64,000 nt of DNA. Origin: Trichodelitschia bisporula (Eukaryota). The notes below the pieces were generated by a model. The model worked only from the letters and a program-made list of their open reading frames with translations. It was not told the origin of the DNA and did no database searches. The position numbers and the translations under genes were made by a program. The stretch's first letter is position 1. Each line of letters opens with the position of its first letter. The stretch covers positions 807,803 to 871,802 of the forward strand of contig ML996687.1 in NCBI GenBank assembly GCA_010356995.1, read 5' to 3'. Of this stretch, positions 1 through 13,429 are shown one piece after another.

Positions 1-95
1 CGGCCATGGAGCGTCCCAAGCCGACCAAGCGGCAGCCTGTCAAGCCAGATGCCTTCCAGGAGCGAATTCTGAAGGGTGACTTCTACATGGATTAA
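1..95 (+). CDS. 3' end of a gene entering from the left edge (unidentified protein)
   Basis: Frame 3-95 reads AMERPKPTKRQPVKPDAFQERILKGDFYMD then TAA (93-95). Codon usage is coding-like and a T-rich 3'UTR follows. Confidence 0.6.
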   Translation, partial: AMERPKPTKRQPVKPDAFQERILKGDFYMD

Positions 96-984
96 GGAGA
101 TGGGACTTTCTTCCTGGCACCTCGTCGCATGGGATTTGTACCTCGTCTAGGCCGTCCGACTTGTATCCTGCGTTTCAATTCCCTTCCCTTTCGTGTATTT
201 GACCTACAGCTTTGTCGCGGGGACGAGCCTTGCCAAAAGTCGCCGAAGAGCGACGTGCTTGTATCATATGCTTTGAAGCTTGAGGTAACGCTTCCTCTTT
301 GTACATGTCCCTCGTTACACTGCGGGCCGAGATGATTTTGTACCACACGGGGGACGTCCCGTCTCTTCATGCGGTGCAGATTATGACGACGCTGCCTCTA
401 CTTACGATAGGACGGCGATTTGAGGGAATGAAAACAACAGCGAATGGTTTATGTCCAATGTTGATGCCTTCCATGAAGTTGGGGTAGGCGCTCATGGACT
501 AATGCTGGAGTTGTGGTTGTCATTTTCAGACTGATCTGTATGCTCGAGCATGACGTCGGCATGGAGTGAAAGAAGTCTAGTCTACACCTGTGCGCCCTGG
601 GTCCGGGTTTCGCGGTTCGCTTTTCTCTTCTGTTGCTTTGTCTTATCTACATCACCTTTGCTTCACTTTGCTTCATATGAGTATATGTTATGATAGTCAC
701 GGGAACGGTCACATAGGGATGGTGCTTCAGCTTTTGCTGGATTTTGAGGGTCCCCTTGTTTGTCATGAAAGGCCACACTGGACACTATAACAGTTTTAAA
801 ACCCGTACGCCTGCAATTCATTCCATGTTCGCTACTTCTTCCACTTCATCTATGTTGCTGACTCTGCTCCGACCAAGCTGCTGAGGAAATGAACGGTGTC
901 AAAGAATCCCAACCACGCTTCTCGGCGTCCCATAGTATGGCCACTTTCGCCGACGACCCTCCTCTGCAGAACGGCCCAGACAGC

Positions 985-2120
985 TCAGCTAAAGTCCTCT
1001 GCCGATTCCCGGAGGGTGTCTTCTATTCTTCCAATCATTGTTTCCTGGTGAAGGATTAGTCATTGGGAGAGTAATATAATATTTTTAGACCTACCTTCCA
1101 GTAGTCTAAGGGGCTCAGATTGGCTGATGGTTGTTAGTAAATGCTGTAAGCGAAGAATAAGCTATACGCACCGAATGCGTTGACCTTCTGCTGGTACCTA
1201 GCGGGTGGTTAGCAAGGATGAACAAGATCGTCGTGCAAACACCTACATGTCAGGGTCACCCGCCTCGATCGCTTCCTTCAGTTCTTGGAGCAGTGCGTAC
1301 TCCCGTGTCGTGAGGAAGGTCTTATCGATCTCAGCGTACCGCTGGAATGCCTGGCCGGCGCCGATGATGTCGTTGGTGGCCAGGTGGCAGACTCTCTCAT
1401 CAGCATCGCATCCCGCACTCGAGACGAGGGCCTTACCACCAGCCTTGAATAAGTGATCCTTGACACTGAACCGTAGCAAGTTATTTGCAATATTTGACTT
1501 CGCCACGTCCTCAAACACTGCAATAGCATCGTAGTACTCCTTTGCGATAGCCGACAGCTCCGCATATTTGAGCAAGCTCTTGTTCGCCGTGGCCTCCTGG
1601 TTCTCATCACGGTAAAAAGTGCCTGCCTGCTGGTACGCTGTGCGCGCACGCTCTGTCTCCCCAAGTTCTTCGTACAGCTTCGCCAGCGTCTCAAACTGCG
1701 CCGCCGCCCGCCGCGCATTCTTCCCCTCGCGGAACGCCGCGACCGACGCCTCGAGCACACGCGCTGCCTCTACGGGTGCCGTCTGCCGGTAGCACTTGAA
1801 GGCCTCGTTGAGCGCATTCGCCGCGTCGATGTGCTGCTTGATCTCGGTGCGCACGGCTGCCTCTCGCTCGTACGTCTGCCCCGCTTTCGCGAGGTCTCGG
1901 TCCATCTTGAAGGCATTGGCTGTGTGAGATGGCTCGCGTTAGCATTCAGTCGAGGTTACTCGTAGGTTTCACCGTTGCGGGATCTAGCTGCTTACTCACC
2001 TGCGTCGTTGAAGGCTTCGGCGGCGTTCTCCAGGCGCTGCTCTTTAGGCGTGAAGTTGAAGAGCCCGCCAGATTGCAGGGCCTTTTCGGCCTTACGCAGG
2101 AGAGTCTCGCCGTTAGACAT
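985..2120 (-). CDS. SEC17: Alpha-SNAP, vesicle fusion protein (multi-exon)
   Basis: ATG at 2120 gives MSNGETLLRKAEKALQSGGLFNF...LENAAEAFNDA|ANAFKM. Helical SNAP repeats include NNLLRFSVKDHLFKAG and DKTFLTTREY. Short 3' exons end in ...ESAEDFS*. Confidence 0.93.
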
Positions 2121-2578
2121 AGTGGACGTTGGCGTTTGAGGTTGTTATTTGTGAGTTGGTGTTGCTGAGCTGTCCGTATGGGACGGTGTGTGCTTCCAGT
2201 TTCGGGGGCCTGTGTCTGAGGCGCAGGCAGTTCAATGACGTTCCCGTAGTTGGTGGGGGTATGACAGGGTATGGCAGGGGTACGGATGGTGGGGAGACCA
2301 CAAGAGAGACGCTTGATCGACTTCTTAAAACGACCTCTTCCCGCCAGTTCTTCAGTATTAACCATCTGTGCTGAATAACCACTTCATAAGTGGAGTGTAT
2401 CAGTTTGTTTAACTCTCCATATCTTGCGCTCCTAAGTATCTTGGGCAGTTCACTTCATCAAGCGTGGGATGTCAGTGTCAACCAAACCATATGCCATCTA
2501 CGACTGCTCATAGTGATACAGTACAAAGACACTACACAACGCTAGCTAAGGCACATGCAAGCTCTCACATTCCTTCCC

Positions 2579-3478
2579 TCATGAGATTGGTTTCGAGCCA
2601 GGCCCGGTATAGCCGTTGTCCGGCAAGTACAGGTGCCGAACCGCACCCTTGGCAGTCAGGACGACCATCCGGATGACACCACCTGAGCTGCCATCCCATT
2701 TGATCGCCTCGCCCAGTGCACCTTTCACAAAGTTTATCCCCTCTTCTTCTGTCATGCCCTCCTTCCAGTTTGCGTCACAATAGCCGTAGATGTACGTAGA
2801 GCCCGACCCGGCAATCGCGTACGATTGTTTGTGCAGAGACCCGCCGAGAGGGATTGAGTACACCTGGCCTCCGTGCCGGTGGTCGAATCCGGCGATGATG
2901 ATACCGGCGCTGTGAAGATTTAGCTTAGAACGAAAGCAGTCAAGTCTAGCGGTACCTAAGTGCGTCCTTGTTGTCGTAGCACAGCTCCTGGAAGATGGCA
3001 GCCGCCGTCTGCGTATTGGGGGGCGCATTGTTTGTGATAGCGTACATGTTCAAGTGATACTGCACGATGTCGGCCACGGCCTGGGTATCCGCAGCAGAAC
3101 CGGACCGACAGCACCAGATCGTGTCCGCCACCTGCGTAAGCTTGTCCGTGACGCGATTCGCGATGTAGGCTCCAGTTGTCGTCCGACTGTCGGCACCAAG
3201 GATGACACCATCGCGGAAATTGATGGCCATGCTGGCAGCTTGTCAGTAATGCGGAGAAGGATAACGAGCGTCGAAGACAAACATGGAGGTTCCCAGGCTG
3301 AACATCATTAGCTATGCTGACCCCGGCTTGCAGATCAGGTTCATCTCACTTGACTTCGCCTTTCTTCAGGTGGTTCATATCCACGTGAATGCCATCTGTT
3401 CCCCCACTGTGCTTAGCAAACGCCAACGCCGATAAACGGGACGAAGGTACCTTCTCCGAGCGCACCGGTAGGCTGCAT
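2579..3478 (-). CDS. PRE3: 20S proteasome subunit beta1 (multi-exon)
   Basis: Spliced model [62 protein letters not shown], with [12 protein letters not shown] and DGSSGG motifs. Confidence 0.96.
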
Positions 3479-4303
3479 TTTGTGAAGAACGGGAAAAACG
3501 ATCTACAATCAACTTTAAAAAGAAGAAGGAAGCGGGAGAGTGTGTATGTATGGCTGGGCGGTGATGGAGCTTGCTGGTTCGGAGGCGCGAGACGGTTAGG
3601 CAGATGGAGTGCTGGCGACGACGCGGCGGGAGGTGAGAGCTCAAGAGCTTGGACCATGTTCTTGGCATCTCCCTCAGCCCTACGTACTGTACGGTACTGT
3701 GGTACTCCGCCGGCAATGGAAGGTCGCGACGGCCATCCTCAGATCCATTCACTTGACCTCTCTTCGGGCACGCTCCGATCAATCAGCCTCCATGCTGCTT
3801 TGGGCACTGAAAATTGAGCAATGGTCGTCATCCGATTACAGCAAGTCTTTTCTCAATGACACGATTTCTCGATCTACGGATGTACCTTTCGCTCCATACG
3901 AGTACCTTTCGCTCATTTACAAATTGACGATGCCTAGCTGATGAATCTGAAAAGGAATTATAACCGTTTCTGCAGAACCTACACTCTAAGCACTAAGCAG
4001 AACAATTAGTTCTATTGATTGAGGTCAGTACAAAGCCCGCTGATGAGTCTCTCAGGCCGTCTCATCATGTGACTGATATTAATCGCCAAGCGATCTTTCA
4101 TCTTGGCATGATTCTGGCAAGAACCGTCAAAGGGGACCCCTGGCCTCAAACGGTATCATCCCATCCCCAAACTCCGCTCTCGTCCCCGTCAGGCCCTTAC
4201 GTTGGTACACTTCCTCCACGCACACCTCCTTCTATCCCTAGTCAATCAAACCCGCTATCTAGACCCTGTACCACCGCGTACCTCCCGGAATTCACCGCAG
4301 AAC

Positions 4304-5371
4304 ATGAGCAACTACATTGATAGTGTTATTACCTACCTCCGCATTCCCGTCATCGCCTCCTCTGGCCTTGCAGCCTTGGTGAGCGGATTGTTGTATTTCA
4401 AGCAAAAGTAGGCACATGCTTGCTCATTTCCCCTTATGCTATACCATAGGCTCATTTCCTATCACAGTGAAATCATCTACCCGCGTAACGTCCCCCCTGG
4501 GGCGCGCACAGATGTGCCTCGACCCCCGCAATTCGGCATAACCGACTTCACGGAACTGATGCTGCCGACACCTGATGGTGAATCTCTGAGCGCTTTCCTG
4601 ATCCGCCCTGCCAACAGGCAGTATGCTCGCAATATCACTATTCTCATGTTCCACGGAAATGCGGGTAACATCGGCCACCGCCTTCCCATAGCTAAGCTGC
4701 TTAGCGACGATATCGGCTGCAACGTACTGATGCTGCAGTATCGCGGCTATGGCCTATCCACGGGTACCCCCAATGAAAAGGGTCTGAATGTTGACGCTCA
4801 AACCGGCTTCGACTACATTCGCCAGAGCGCAGAGCTGAGAGACACGAAGGTGGTGGTATACGGTCAGAGCTTGGGCGGAGCTGTAGGCATCAGCATCGTG
4901 TCGCGGAACCAAAAGGAGGGAGCGATTGGAGGAATTGTCTTGGAGAATACCTTCACGAGCATCCGAAAAATGATCCCAAGGTACTCAATGCTGTTATCGG
5001 GGGTGTCAGTCGCCGCTCGCATGTTGACTGATAATCAGTGCATTCCCACCTGCGAGATACTTGGCACCCCTTTGCCATCAGGTTTGGCCGAGTGATGAGC
5101 TCCTCCCCACCATCGAAAACATCCCGATCCTCTTTTTAAGTGGCCTGAGGGATGAGATTGTGCCGTACGTTCTCCCTAATAGCATATTTGACGCGCGTTG
5201 ACCGTAATACTTAGGCCGAGTCACATGAAAACCTTGTACGATGTCTGCCGTAGCCAGCCCAAGGTTTGGCGGGAGTTCCCTCAAGGCTCGCACAACGACA
5301 CGGTCGCGGAGCCAGGCTACTTCAACTATATCGATGAATTCCTAGACGAGCATGTTTGCTCCAAGAAATGA
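4304..5371 (+). CDS. bem46: BEM46/ABHD13-family alpha/beta hydrolase with N-terminal membrane anchor
   Basis: N-terminal hydrophobic segment ending LLYFKQ, then FHGNAGNIGHR, YRGYGLSTG and the nucleophile GQSLG. GLRDEIVP and GSHNDT complete the triad after splicing. Confidence 0.9.
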
Positions 5372-8300
5372 AATGGACATTGCAAGATACCCATGATTGC
5401 GTTGACGACTCTGTGGATGGTATGTACGAACCCGTTTCTTTTGGCAGAGTTCGTCAAGCCCTGAGTGCCGTTGAGGCTGAAGGCTGATAGCATTAGATTT
5501 GGGCATGGTGTCGATGATTTGCTGAGTTGTCAGGATTATATTTATCGCAAGTGTACCACGGTACCTCCTTGCTCGCTTGTCCCTGCAGAGCGGTTTCCAG
5601 TGCAAAGGCGCCTCATCCATGTACCTCTTGAATGATAGGTTGGAACCAGCCTTCGAGTATTGACTGGCACAAAACTAATGGCACAAATGGCAGTGAGAAT
5701 TCGCGAACGGAGATCTGGACATATCATTTCCTCCGGAGGATGATGCGCGGACATCGCCGGGGAACTGCCTAGTCCCAGGGCTGCCCTATGTTTATCGCAC
5801 ACATTGACCTCCTGCGCGATAAACGCCCGTACTGTACGCCACAGATGGCACCACGTACTGCGAACTCGACAACGACCAAACCGTTACTGGGGTGCTTACC
5901 CCCTTTTCGGAGCATTCCGTTTCCTCGTGCTCTACGCAGTTGCGTCAACTCATTTAGGTGCAGGTAGAGTCAACGAATGGGGCAATAGACCGAGACTTTT
6001 CTCCCTTTTGTCCACTACACTATGATGACTAGTCCCTAGCGTAATGCGTACCGCAGTACTGACTTTTGCTAATAGACAAATGATCATCTCGCCAGGCCAG
6101 AAAGGTCACGACATACTTTCGGCAACTCTGCTCTGCATAACGGCCTAGACCAATCAAACAAGACATCAACGACGAATAAATCTACCAATACATATTCTGT
6201 TTCAAGAAATCCTCGACGTCCACAGGGTCCAATCGCGGGCCCCAGACCCTGGCTTGATGATCCCGCTACTCGGCCCCGCACAACAACTGATCGCATGCAC
6301 CAAACCTGTAATTTAAGGGTTCAAGAGAGCTCCCCTCAGCCACGCCTTATCCAGCCGCCAATGGATTATCGCATGCTGAAACTTCTCGTGCGCAGTCTTG
6401 CCACATGCTCCCGTGGAGCCAGGAGCTTGAACACGCTGTGGTACGACGCGCCCGCGACTGAGGAGTCTCTAGCGAGTCTCCCATGGGCACAATTCTCCAA
6501 TAGAACACTAGATCAGGCACCAGAGGAACCTGACTAACAACGGCTCCTCCACCCGAGATCCAACTTCTCGGGGCACCGGGGGGCGGATGTGTCGCTGGCC
6601 CGCCCCCATTCCCTCGCGGCTATGCATTGCCTTTGCGCTCATGTCAGTGGCAAGCATGAATTGCACCAACCCGTGGCGCAAACGAGGAGCTTATCACCGG
6701 TGTTGATTCGTACTGGTCGCGCGGCCTGCAGTATACGCGGTAGAGCAGTCAATCATTGCCTGTCATCCGCATGTGCTAGTATGGAGAGAGTAACTGATCA
6801 AGGTGGGGATCGTCACTTCTTAGGCCCAATGTTGAAGATGAGCATCATTGTCGTATCATTTGGCTGTCGGCGTGGCCGAGTCACAAAACAACTTTCGTCG
6901 CAAGGGCAATGCAGGAGGTACAGAAAACAGACGTCGCAGTTGACTCGGAGGACAAAGTGATGCCGTCATACCTGCTCGGTTGTGGCAAAAGCTCGCAGCG
7001 TCGCCACTCGCCCCGCCACAGCGGGGACTAGGCCTGGGCCTATCCACGTGGGCTCTGAGGCTGTGCAGGGTCCAAAGAGCCAGTCGCACCCGCTCCTTTC
7101 GAGTCTTGGCCGATCAAGCTTGTTAACGCCTTCCACGGGTTCCAACCTAAGCCGCGATAATCAAATTGCGACGCAAATTCGTACATGCAGCATCGACTCC
7201 ACTCCCAACCACCACCCATCTGTCAACCTGCAGATCTCCCCTACATACCTCTAGTCTTGCAGGGTTCTGTCCCCTACCGTAGTAATTCCCCTCACCCTAG
7301 CTCATACCCACTTTGCAAGATCAAAGCGAACTGGCCCGAATTCGCTTCATCTAAATATCCATCTACTGCTGGCACCAGGCTTTGTAGCACTACGGATGTA
7401 CACTGTGGCTAGAGAACCTCAATGTGGCGCAGAGGTTCCCTGCTAGACGTTGTAGCTTCAGGGATACGCGATCCACGATCTCCGCACCGCAATAGCAGGT
7501 ATGTACAGTGAATAAATTTGGTAGTCAGAAAGTCCTCTGATGGACATCAACAACCAGTTCCTGGCGGCAAAGAACCGAGAACCTGCCGAGGCCAAGCCTT
7601 GAGCCCTCTCCGGTCCTACAGCAGTGAGCTAGCAGCTAGCGGGCTCCGTAGGTACAGTATTTCTGTGTGTACTACGTACTCAATATTGGGCATCATGGGT
7701 TTGCCACATTTGCCTTTCCTTTCGGATAGCTCCAGGCTCCGGTAAGCGAAACGTCGGCCTCACCGCGATGGACAGGAGATGTCCAGAGAATTTACCCTTT
7801 TGGGACCATATGGAAGTTTGGGATTATGTCCAAGCGGCGCCTAAGTTAGCTGTTGTTCTCATCCCGGTGGCCTGTTGGGTGTTGCCGACGCAGATGCAAT
7901 CACCCCGCATAGCCAACTTCGTACAATCAGATCCACAGCCTCTTCCTGTGTCGCGTCATGCTCTGCTTTGCACGCTCTGCCGTTAACTTCCCAGCCATGA
8001 ACAGATGGGGACCGGTTCTTCGTGTTCGAAATATCCCAACCCTTTTTCATCGCATGGCAACGGGCATCAACGCAGTTGATACTGTGGTATAGAGTTTCGA
8101 GGGGACGGCCCGGAAAAGTAAAAAAGCAAAAGGGTCAGAAAGAATTGGCCAATTGGCTTTGGTCATGAAGGGCGAGACGTTGCGATCTGTGGCGCGCCGA
8201 GCTGTCGAAGGTTCGACCCCATCTCCGCCTTTGCACACCCGCAGCAGGGAGAGCTTTTTTCCCTTGCGCATTGCGTACTTTAGGTTCCCTGCTGACCCAG

Positions 8301-9476
8301 CTTTTTTTTGAGCCGACATACCGTAAGCCACGAAGAGCACCAACACGGGGAATGACGAAGGATGTGGATGGGCTGAGCATGTGCATGACGCGGAAGTTGG
8401 GCACGAGGGTTAGCTAGGCTACTACGCATGTACGTAGCCTTGGAAATCAACCCTGGCGGGTTCGAGCTGGCTGGTGTCAAAAGTTGGTGCATGAAAAAAT
8501 GGGGGGTGGAAGGGATTGCTAGTATGTAGATGACGGGTGTGACGTGATGCTGGGAAACGGGAAGAGTCCCTGTCAGAGTATTCGGCCGGCCTGCGTCTAA
8601 GACGTCTACGGTACTCTACGGTAGTGTAAGGGACGGCGGGGGGTGGGTACGTAGTAGGGGGGGGGGGGGTAGGGTAGGAAGTTGTTGAAGGGAAAGAGTA
8701 TGCGATTTACGGATGTAGCGGTGCGAGATAGGTATCGTCTTTTCAAAATAGCCTTATCCGCATCGGCAAATTATTTGCCCATCCATCTGGGCTTTTTTTA
8801 TGCCTGCGCATACCGCGATTCCACCCATGTCATTCTTGGCATCGTCCAGACCCAGCTGTCCATCCCCCAGTTGTTCCCAAGATCCATCCAGGCCCTTTCA
8901 CGCCTTCTCTCCACTCCCCATCCCCCATCCCCCTCCAACTCCACCCCTCCACCCCTCCCCGCCAGCCTTGGGGACGGTTGGACCCGCCCAGGCGTTGCAG
9001 ACACATTAGGCCCTTGAACAGCGGCCCATCAATCCCCTTACGGATGTATACGACATGCTAAACACTCGATGCCTTCTCTTCTCCCACGGTCAAGCTCGCC
9101 TTCATCGGCTTCTTCGGGCGTCAAAGGCTTTCTCCCCTCTACCGCTTCTCACCTCCCTTTGGAGGAGATAACTGTCCCATTACGTCCCAGGCCTTTGTCC
9201 TCGCCTCGGACCTTGAGATAGCCGCTCCTAAGCAAAGGCCAAGAGTAACGCCACACCCGACGAATATACTTAGGGAAAGCTGGGTCATGACCGCCCCGCT
9301 TCGCCTTCTTCACCTCCTTTCCTACTGAGGGTACGATGTGCGTACGGAGAGAGGGCATGCCGACCAGCCTCGCGCCAAAAAAGACCACAGGGTGAAAGCT
9401 ACATTGGCGGAAATCATAGCTGCTGCTCACAGTATGTGCGCAGCATACGTAGAGTACGGATGTACTACGTACCCTT

Positions 9477-9516
9477 NNNNNNNNNNNNNNNNNNNNNNNN
9501 NNNNNNNNNNNNNNNN
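9477..9516. other. Assembly gap (40 N)
   Basis: Run of N followed by a C-rich low-complexity tract. Confidence 1.
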
Positions 9517-9953
9517 CTCTCCCCTCTCCCCCTTCCCCCCCCACCTCCCTCCAACCCACCCTTTTCGCGTTTCCAGCTCGCAGCTAGAATGCTCATCGAC
9601 AGGGACGAAGCGGAAAACGGCGGAGAGGAAATATGCAGGTCGGTAACCAAAGGTGTTTTTTTCCGCCTACAACTACAGTCAGGAACTAAGTCGCTACTAC
9701 CTTGAGCTCTCCCAAGCTCCCATGAGCTTCCATTTGTCCCCTTCACTATATTGGCATCGCCACCAGCCAAAAGCTGCATAATTACCTACCCACTTTGCCA
9801 CCGACAGCAAGGCGCACACCCCCTCTACCGTACCGTACTGTATCCTCTATCCCCCTCCCCTCCTCTAAACAGCATGACGGCCAATCGCACCTTGTTAGAG
9901 CCTCAGAGAGGAAGATGCTTGTCACTTCTTGCCAGTCGCAACTCTACCAACCT

Positions 9954-10016
9954 CTGCCACCACAGCCACCACTACCACAACTGCCACCACTCCCACTACT
10001 CCCACTACTCCCACTT
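9954..10016 (+). repeat. Degenerate 9-nt tandem repeat (about 7 units, CTNCCACNA-like) in a C-rich, G-poor tract
   Basis: ctgccacca cagccacca ctaccacaa ctgccacca ctcccacta ctcccacta ctcccactt. A (TACC)n run lies near 10364-10385. Confidence 0.8.
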
Positions 10017-11213
10017 ACTCAACTCACGCCTGCTCTTTCCTTAGACTCTCTGGCTTGATCCTTTCCACCTTGGATATGCCATGCTGCAAATGCTGCAAGA
10101 GAATGGAAAGAACTATCCCAGTTTATGTTCATCATCTCCACTTTCCTCTCATCAATCCTTCCCTTTCATCAATACTACTACATACATATGTAGTCGTCAT
10201 CCATTCTCATTCTCATATTCCACTCAAATATCCCTCTCCATATCGTTGTATTCCCCACTTCCCTATCAAACTCCTTCACTTCATACTGTCCTCTTCTTAT
10301 TCTTCTCCACCTTCTCCACCACTACCCTCTTCCCTTTTCTTCCCTCCCCCCCCCCCCCCAGTTACCTACCTACCTACCTACCTAACCCCCCCCCCTCTCC
10401 CTCCTCCCACCCCACACTCTTCATCTCAGCTCCCCTCCATTACCCTATTGCTCCCACACTAGCCACTAATCCCTCGCTAGCACTACTCTTCCATCAAAAT
10501 CCCACCATTTTTCTTTACCCTGTGTTATATTGCTCACCACCCCTCCCCCACACACTAGCTACCTTTTATCAACACCATCCCAATTCAAAAACCCTACTTG
10601 AACCCTTTCACTGCCACACTGCCACCCTCCGATCATTCCCCTTTCCTCGCCCCGCCACTAGCACCACGGGTTGATCGCTAACTTGCCTCCAAGCGTGCGT
10701 TTCTGGCCCAAAGTGGTTGATTGCTCGCGACCCAGCCTCTTAGCTCTCGAGACTCGGGTATCGACTCTACGAGCCCAGGCTTAGGGAACGACGTCTTCCC
10801 GTACACCCCAGATACCTTACCCGCTTCTCCTTCTTTTTTTAAATCCTCGCTTCGGAGTTGTGCCCATTCCGACGTCCTGATTGGAGTCGCCGCCTCTTCC
10901 CCGTGCAGCCTTGCCAGCCCTTCCCGCCCGTCAATTTCGAGCCTCTGGTCCTATCTGGCCTTCGCCACGTTGCTCGAGTCTCAGAGACGCAAAAGGGAAC
11001 GTAGTCTTTGTCTCTTTAAGCTTGTCATCTCGTTCTGAGCTTTCGAACTTCCGGTATGCGCATCTGAGCCCTCCCCCCCAATCACTTTTTCCAGCACCCT
11101 CGTTTTTAGTGCGTCGTGTCACTCGTTTGTCTGTTTCTTTGTAATAGTATGCTGACATGGCCTTTTGTTGGGTGCAGCAGTGGATAGCTCTGCCCATAAT
11201 TGTTGAGGAACGA

Positions 11214-13429
11214 ATGGGGGACCTGCCGGACGGCGATGCTGGCCCACCTCATCCAGCGCAGCAGGCGCAACAAGCACTACTGCAGTCTGCTCCCCAAGAA
11301 GATGCGTTGAAGCCCGCTTCGGGGGTCAGCGGCGTAACCAGCTCAACGCCTGCTTTCTACACCCAGTACTCCTCTCTGGATCAACAGCAGCACCAGCAGC
11401 TGCAGCGCTTCTCTTCACAGCCGGCCAGTCCTTACCAGCAACCCTACCAGCCAACGACTTCACCCTTTGGAATGGCGGGCTTGGTTTCAGCACTTCCAAA
11501 TTACCATTCTCCAGCTCAGCATTCCGTCACCGCCCAGCAGTCAGACCAGCAGCGGCTTTCAGGGGCATCAACTCCGGCGTTGGTTTACCAAATTCAGCAA
11601 AACCTGCAGATGCAGAACTACCAGTACATGTCGAGTCAGGGCTCGTCAATGTACTCGGATCCAGCGGCCGCAGCCTATGGAATGCAGTACCCTCCACAAC
11701 TGCAGCAGATGAACATCCAGTCTCAGAGCATGCCGAATGCGCTGTACGCTTCACCCGACCAACGAATGCCGCATCATGTTGCGCCGCAGCAGTTCTACCA
11801 GCATGGTTATTCGAGCCAGCGCAGTCCTGTCCCTCCCCAGTACATGTCGTATCAGCACCATCAACCACCGTACATGCCGAATACAGCCTTCGGTGGACCG
11901 CCCCACGGGCCCTATCCACGGCAAAGACATCATGTTTCTCGAGATTTCCCTCCAAAACCGCACCAGTCGTTTAGAAGTGTGGAACCGGGACAGCGCAGCG
12001 GGCAAGGTACTACGATCACGTCACAGCTGTCGAAATAGGGTCTTGTTCGCTAACACCATGTTTCGCTCGGCAGAAACCATCGTCTCATCATCTACGTCGT
12101 CCCTAGCGTCGCTTGTACCAGTCCCACGTGGCCCACCTCGCAAGCCAAAGCAGTCCGGTCATGCGCTGTGGGTCGGAAACCTACCACCGAATGCAGGAAT
12201 CATCGCACTGAAGGACCACTTTTCGCTTGATGCAAAGGACGACATTGAGAGCGTTTTCCTAATCTCCAAGTCCAACTGCGCATTCGTGAACTATCGCACG
12301 GCCGAGGCCTGTCATGCTGCGCAGATTCGCTTTCACGAATCGAAGTTCGCGGGCAGCAAACTGGTATGTCGTCTTCGAAAGCGTCAGGAGCCCAAGGAGT
12401 GGCCACAAGGGCCGAGGGCCCGATATGGACCGGGAGATTGGCCTACTAGTCGCAGGAGCTCATCAGGGATGTCCGCCGAGCCCGACGAGAGAGTTCCAGT
12501 GTTGGCCGGTGTGGGAGAAAGGGGCTGGGACGGAGTCGTTGGCAGCACGGCTGGAAAAGACACATTCAGCAGCCCCGGACCGCCTGCTGGCAGAACTAGA
12601 GACCGCTACTTTGTTGTCAAGAGCTTAACCCAACTGGATCTTGAGCAAAGTGTTCGGAACGGCATCTGGACAACTCAGTCGCACAACGAGGCCGCACTCA
12701 ACAAGGCTTTCGAGGTACGTGAACACTTTCGCAAGCATTGTTGAGATCTCGAGGAGGCCTTGAAACTGACTTGCTCTTTCGTTATAGTCATCAGAAGACG
12801 TCTACCTCATTTTTTCCGTGAACAAGTCAGGCGAATACTTTGGCTACGCACGCATGGCTTCCTCCATCAGCGACGATTCTGAAATTCATCAGGAGATCTT
12901 ATCCGCTACGACTCTGGCCGACCATCCTTTGCCTGACATTGTTGGGGATCCACCACCTCCGCAACTCAAAGCCCCATCCGCGCCGGCCGCGTCCATGCCT
13001 ACACTCGATCCACCTAAGATGATTCCGACACCGGCGACCGACACAGCACCCCCCGGCCGTGTTATTGACGACTCGGCCCGGGGAACCATCTTCTGGGAAG
13101 CCGGCTCGGTTGACGGCGAGAATACGGCTGCAACTGAATCAGACGGAGTGGACGGAATTTCACCTTCGAAGGCCGATTATTCCACACTAGAGTCTTCGCC
13201 ACAACCTCTCCCCCAGATTTATGGCAAACCTTTCCGTGTTCAGTGGCTCAGCACTACGCGGGTACCTTACTGGCGTATGCGCGGCCTTCGCAACCCGTGG
13301 AACTCGAACCGTGAAGTCAAAATTGCTCGGGACGGGACAGAATTGGAGACCACGTGTGGCAGAAAATTACTTGAATTCTTCAAGAGCCCGGAGAACATAG
13401 ACGGTGTAGTGTTGGCAGCACAGCGATAG
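11214..13429 (+). CDS. RRM + YTH (YT521-B-like) RNA-binding protein with Q/P-rich N-terminus
   Basis: RRM: HALWVGNLP...SNCAFVNY. YTH: RYFVVKSLT...GIWTTQSHNE, VYLIFSVNKSGEYFGYARM, NPWNSNREVKIARDGTELE. Introns near 12007-12073 and 12715-12787, plus a probable 5'UTR intron near 11054-11177. Confidence 0.9.

Noticed and set aside
6085..6537. About 150-codon open frame preceded by a branch-point/acceptor-like sequence
   Set aside because: No workable first exon (the nearby ATGs hit stops) and no recognisable protein features.
9929..10674. 177- and 197-aa ORFs in the C-rich tract
   Set aside because: By-products of G-poor low-complexity DNA that rarely forms stop codons.
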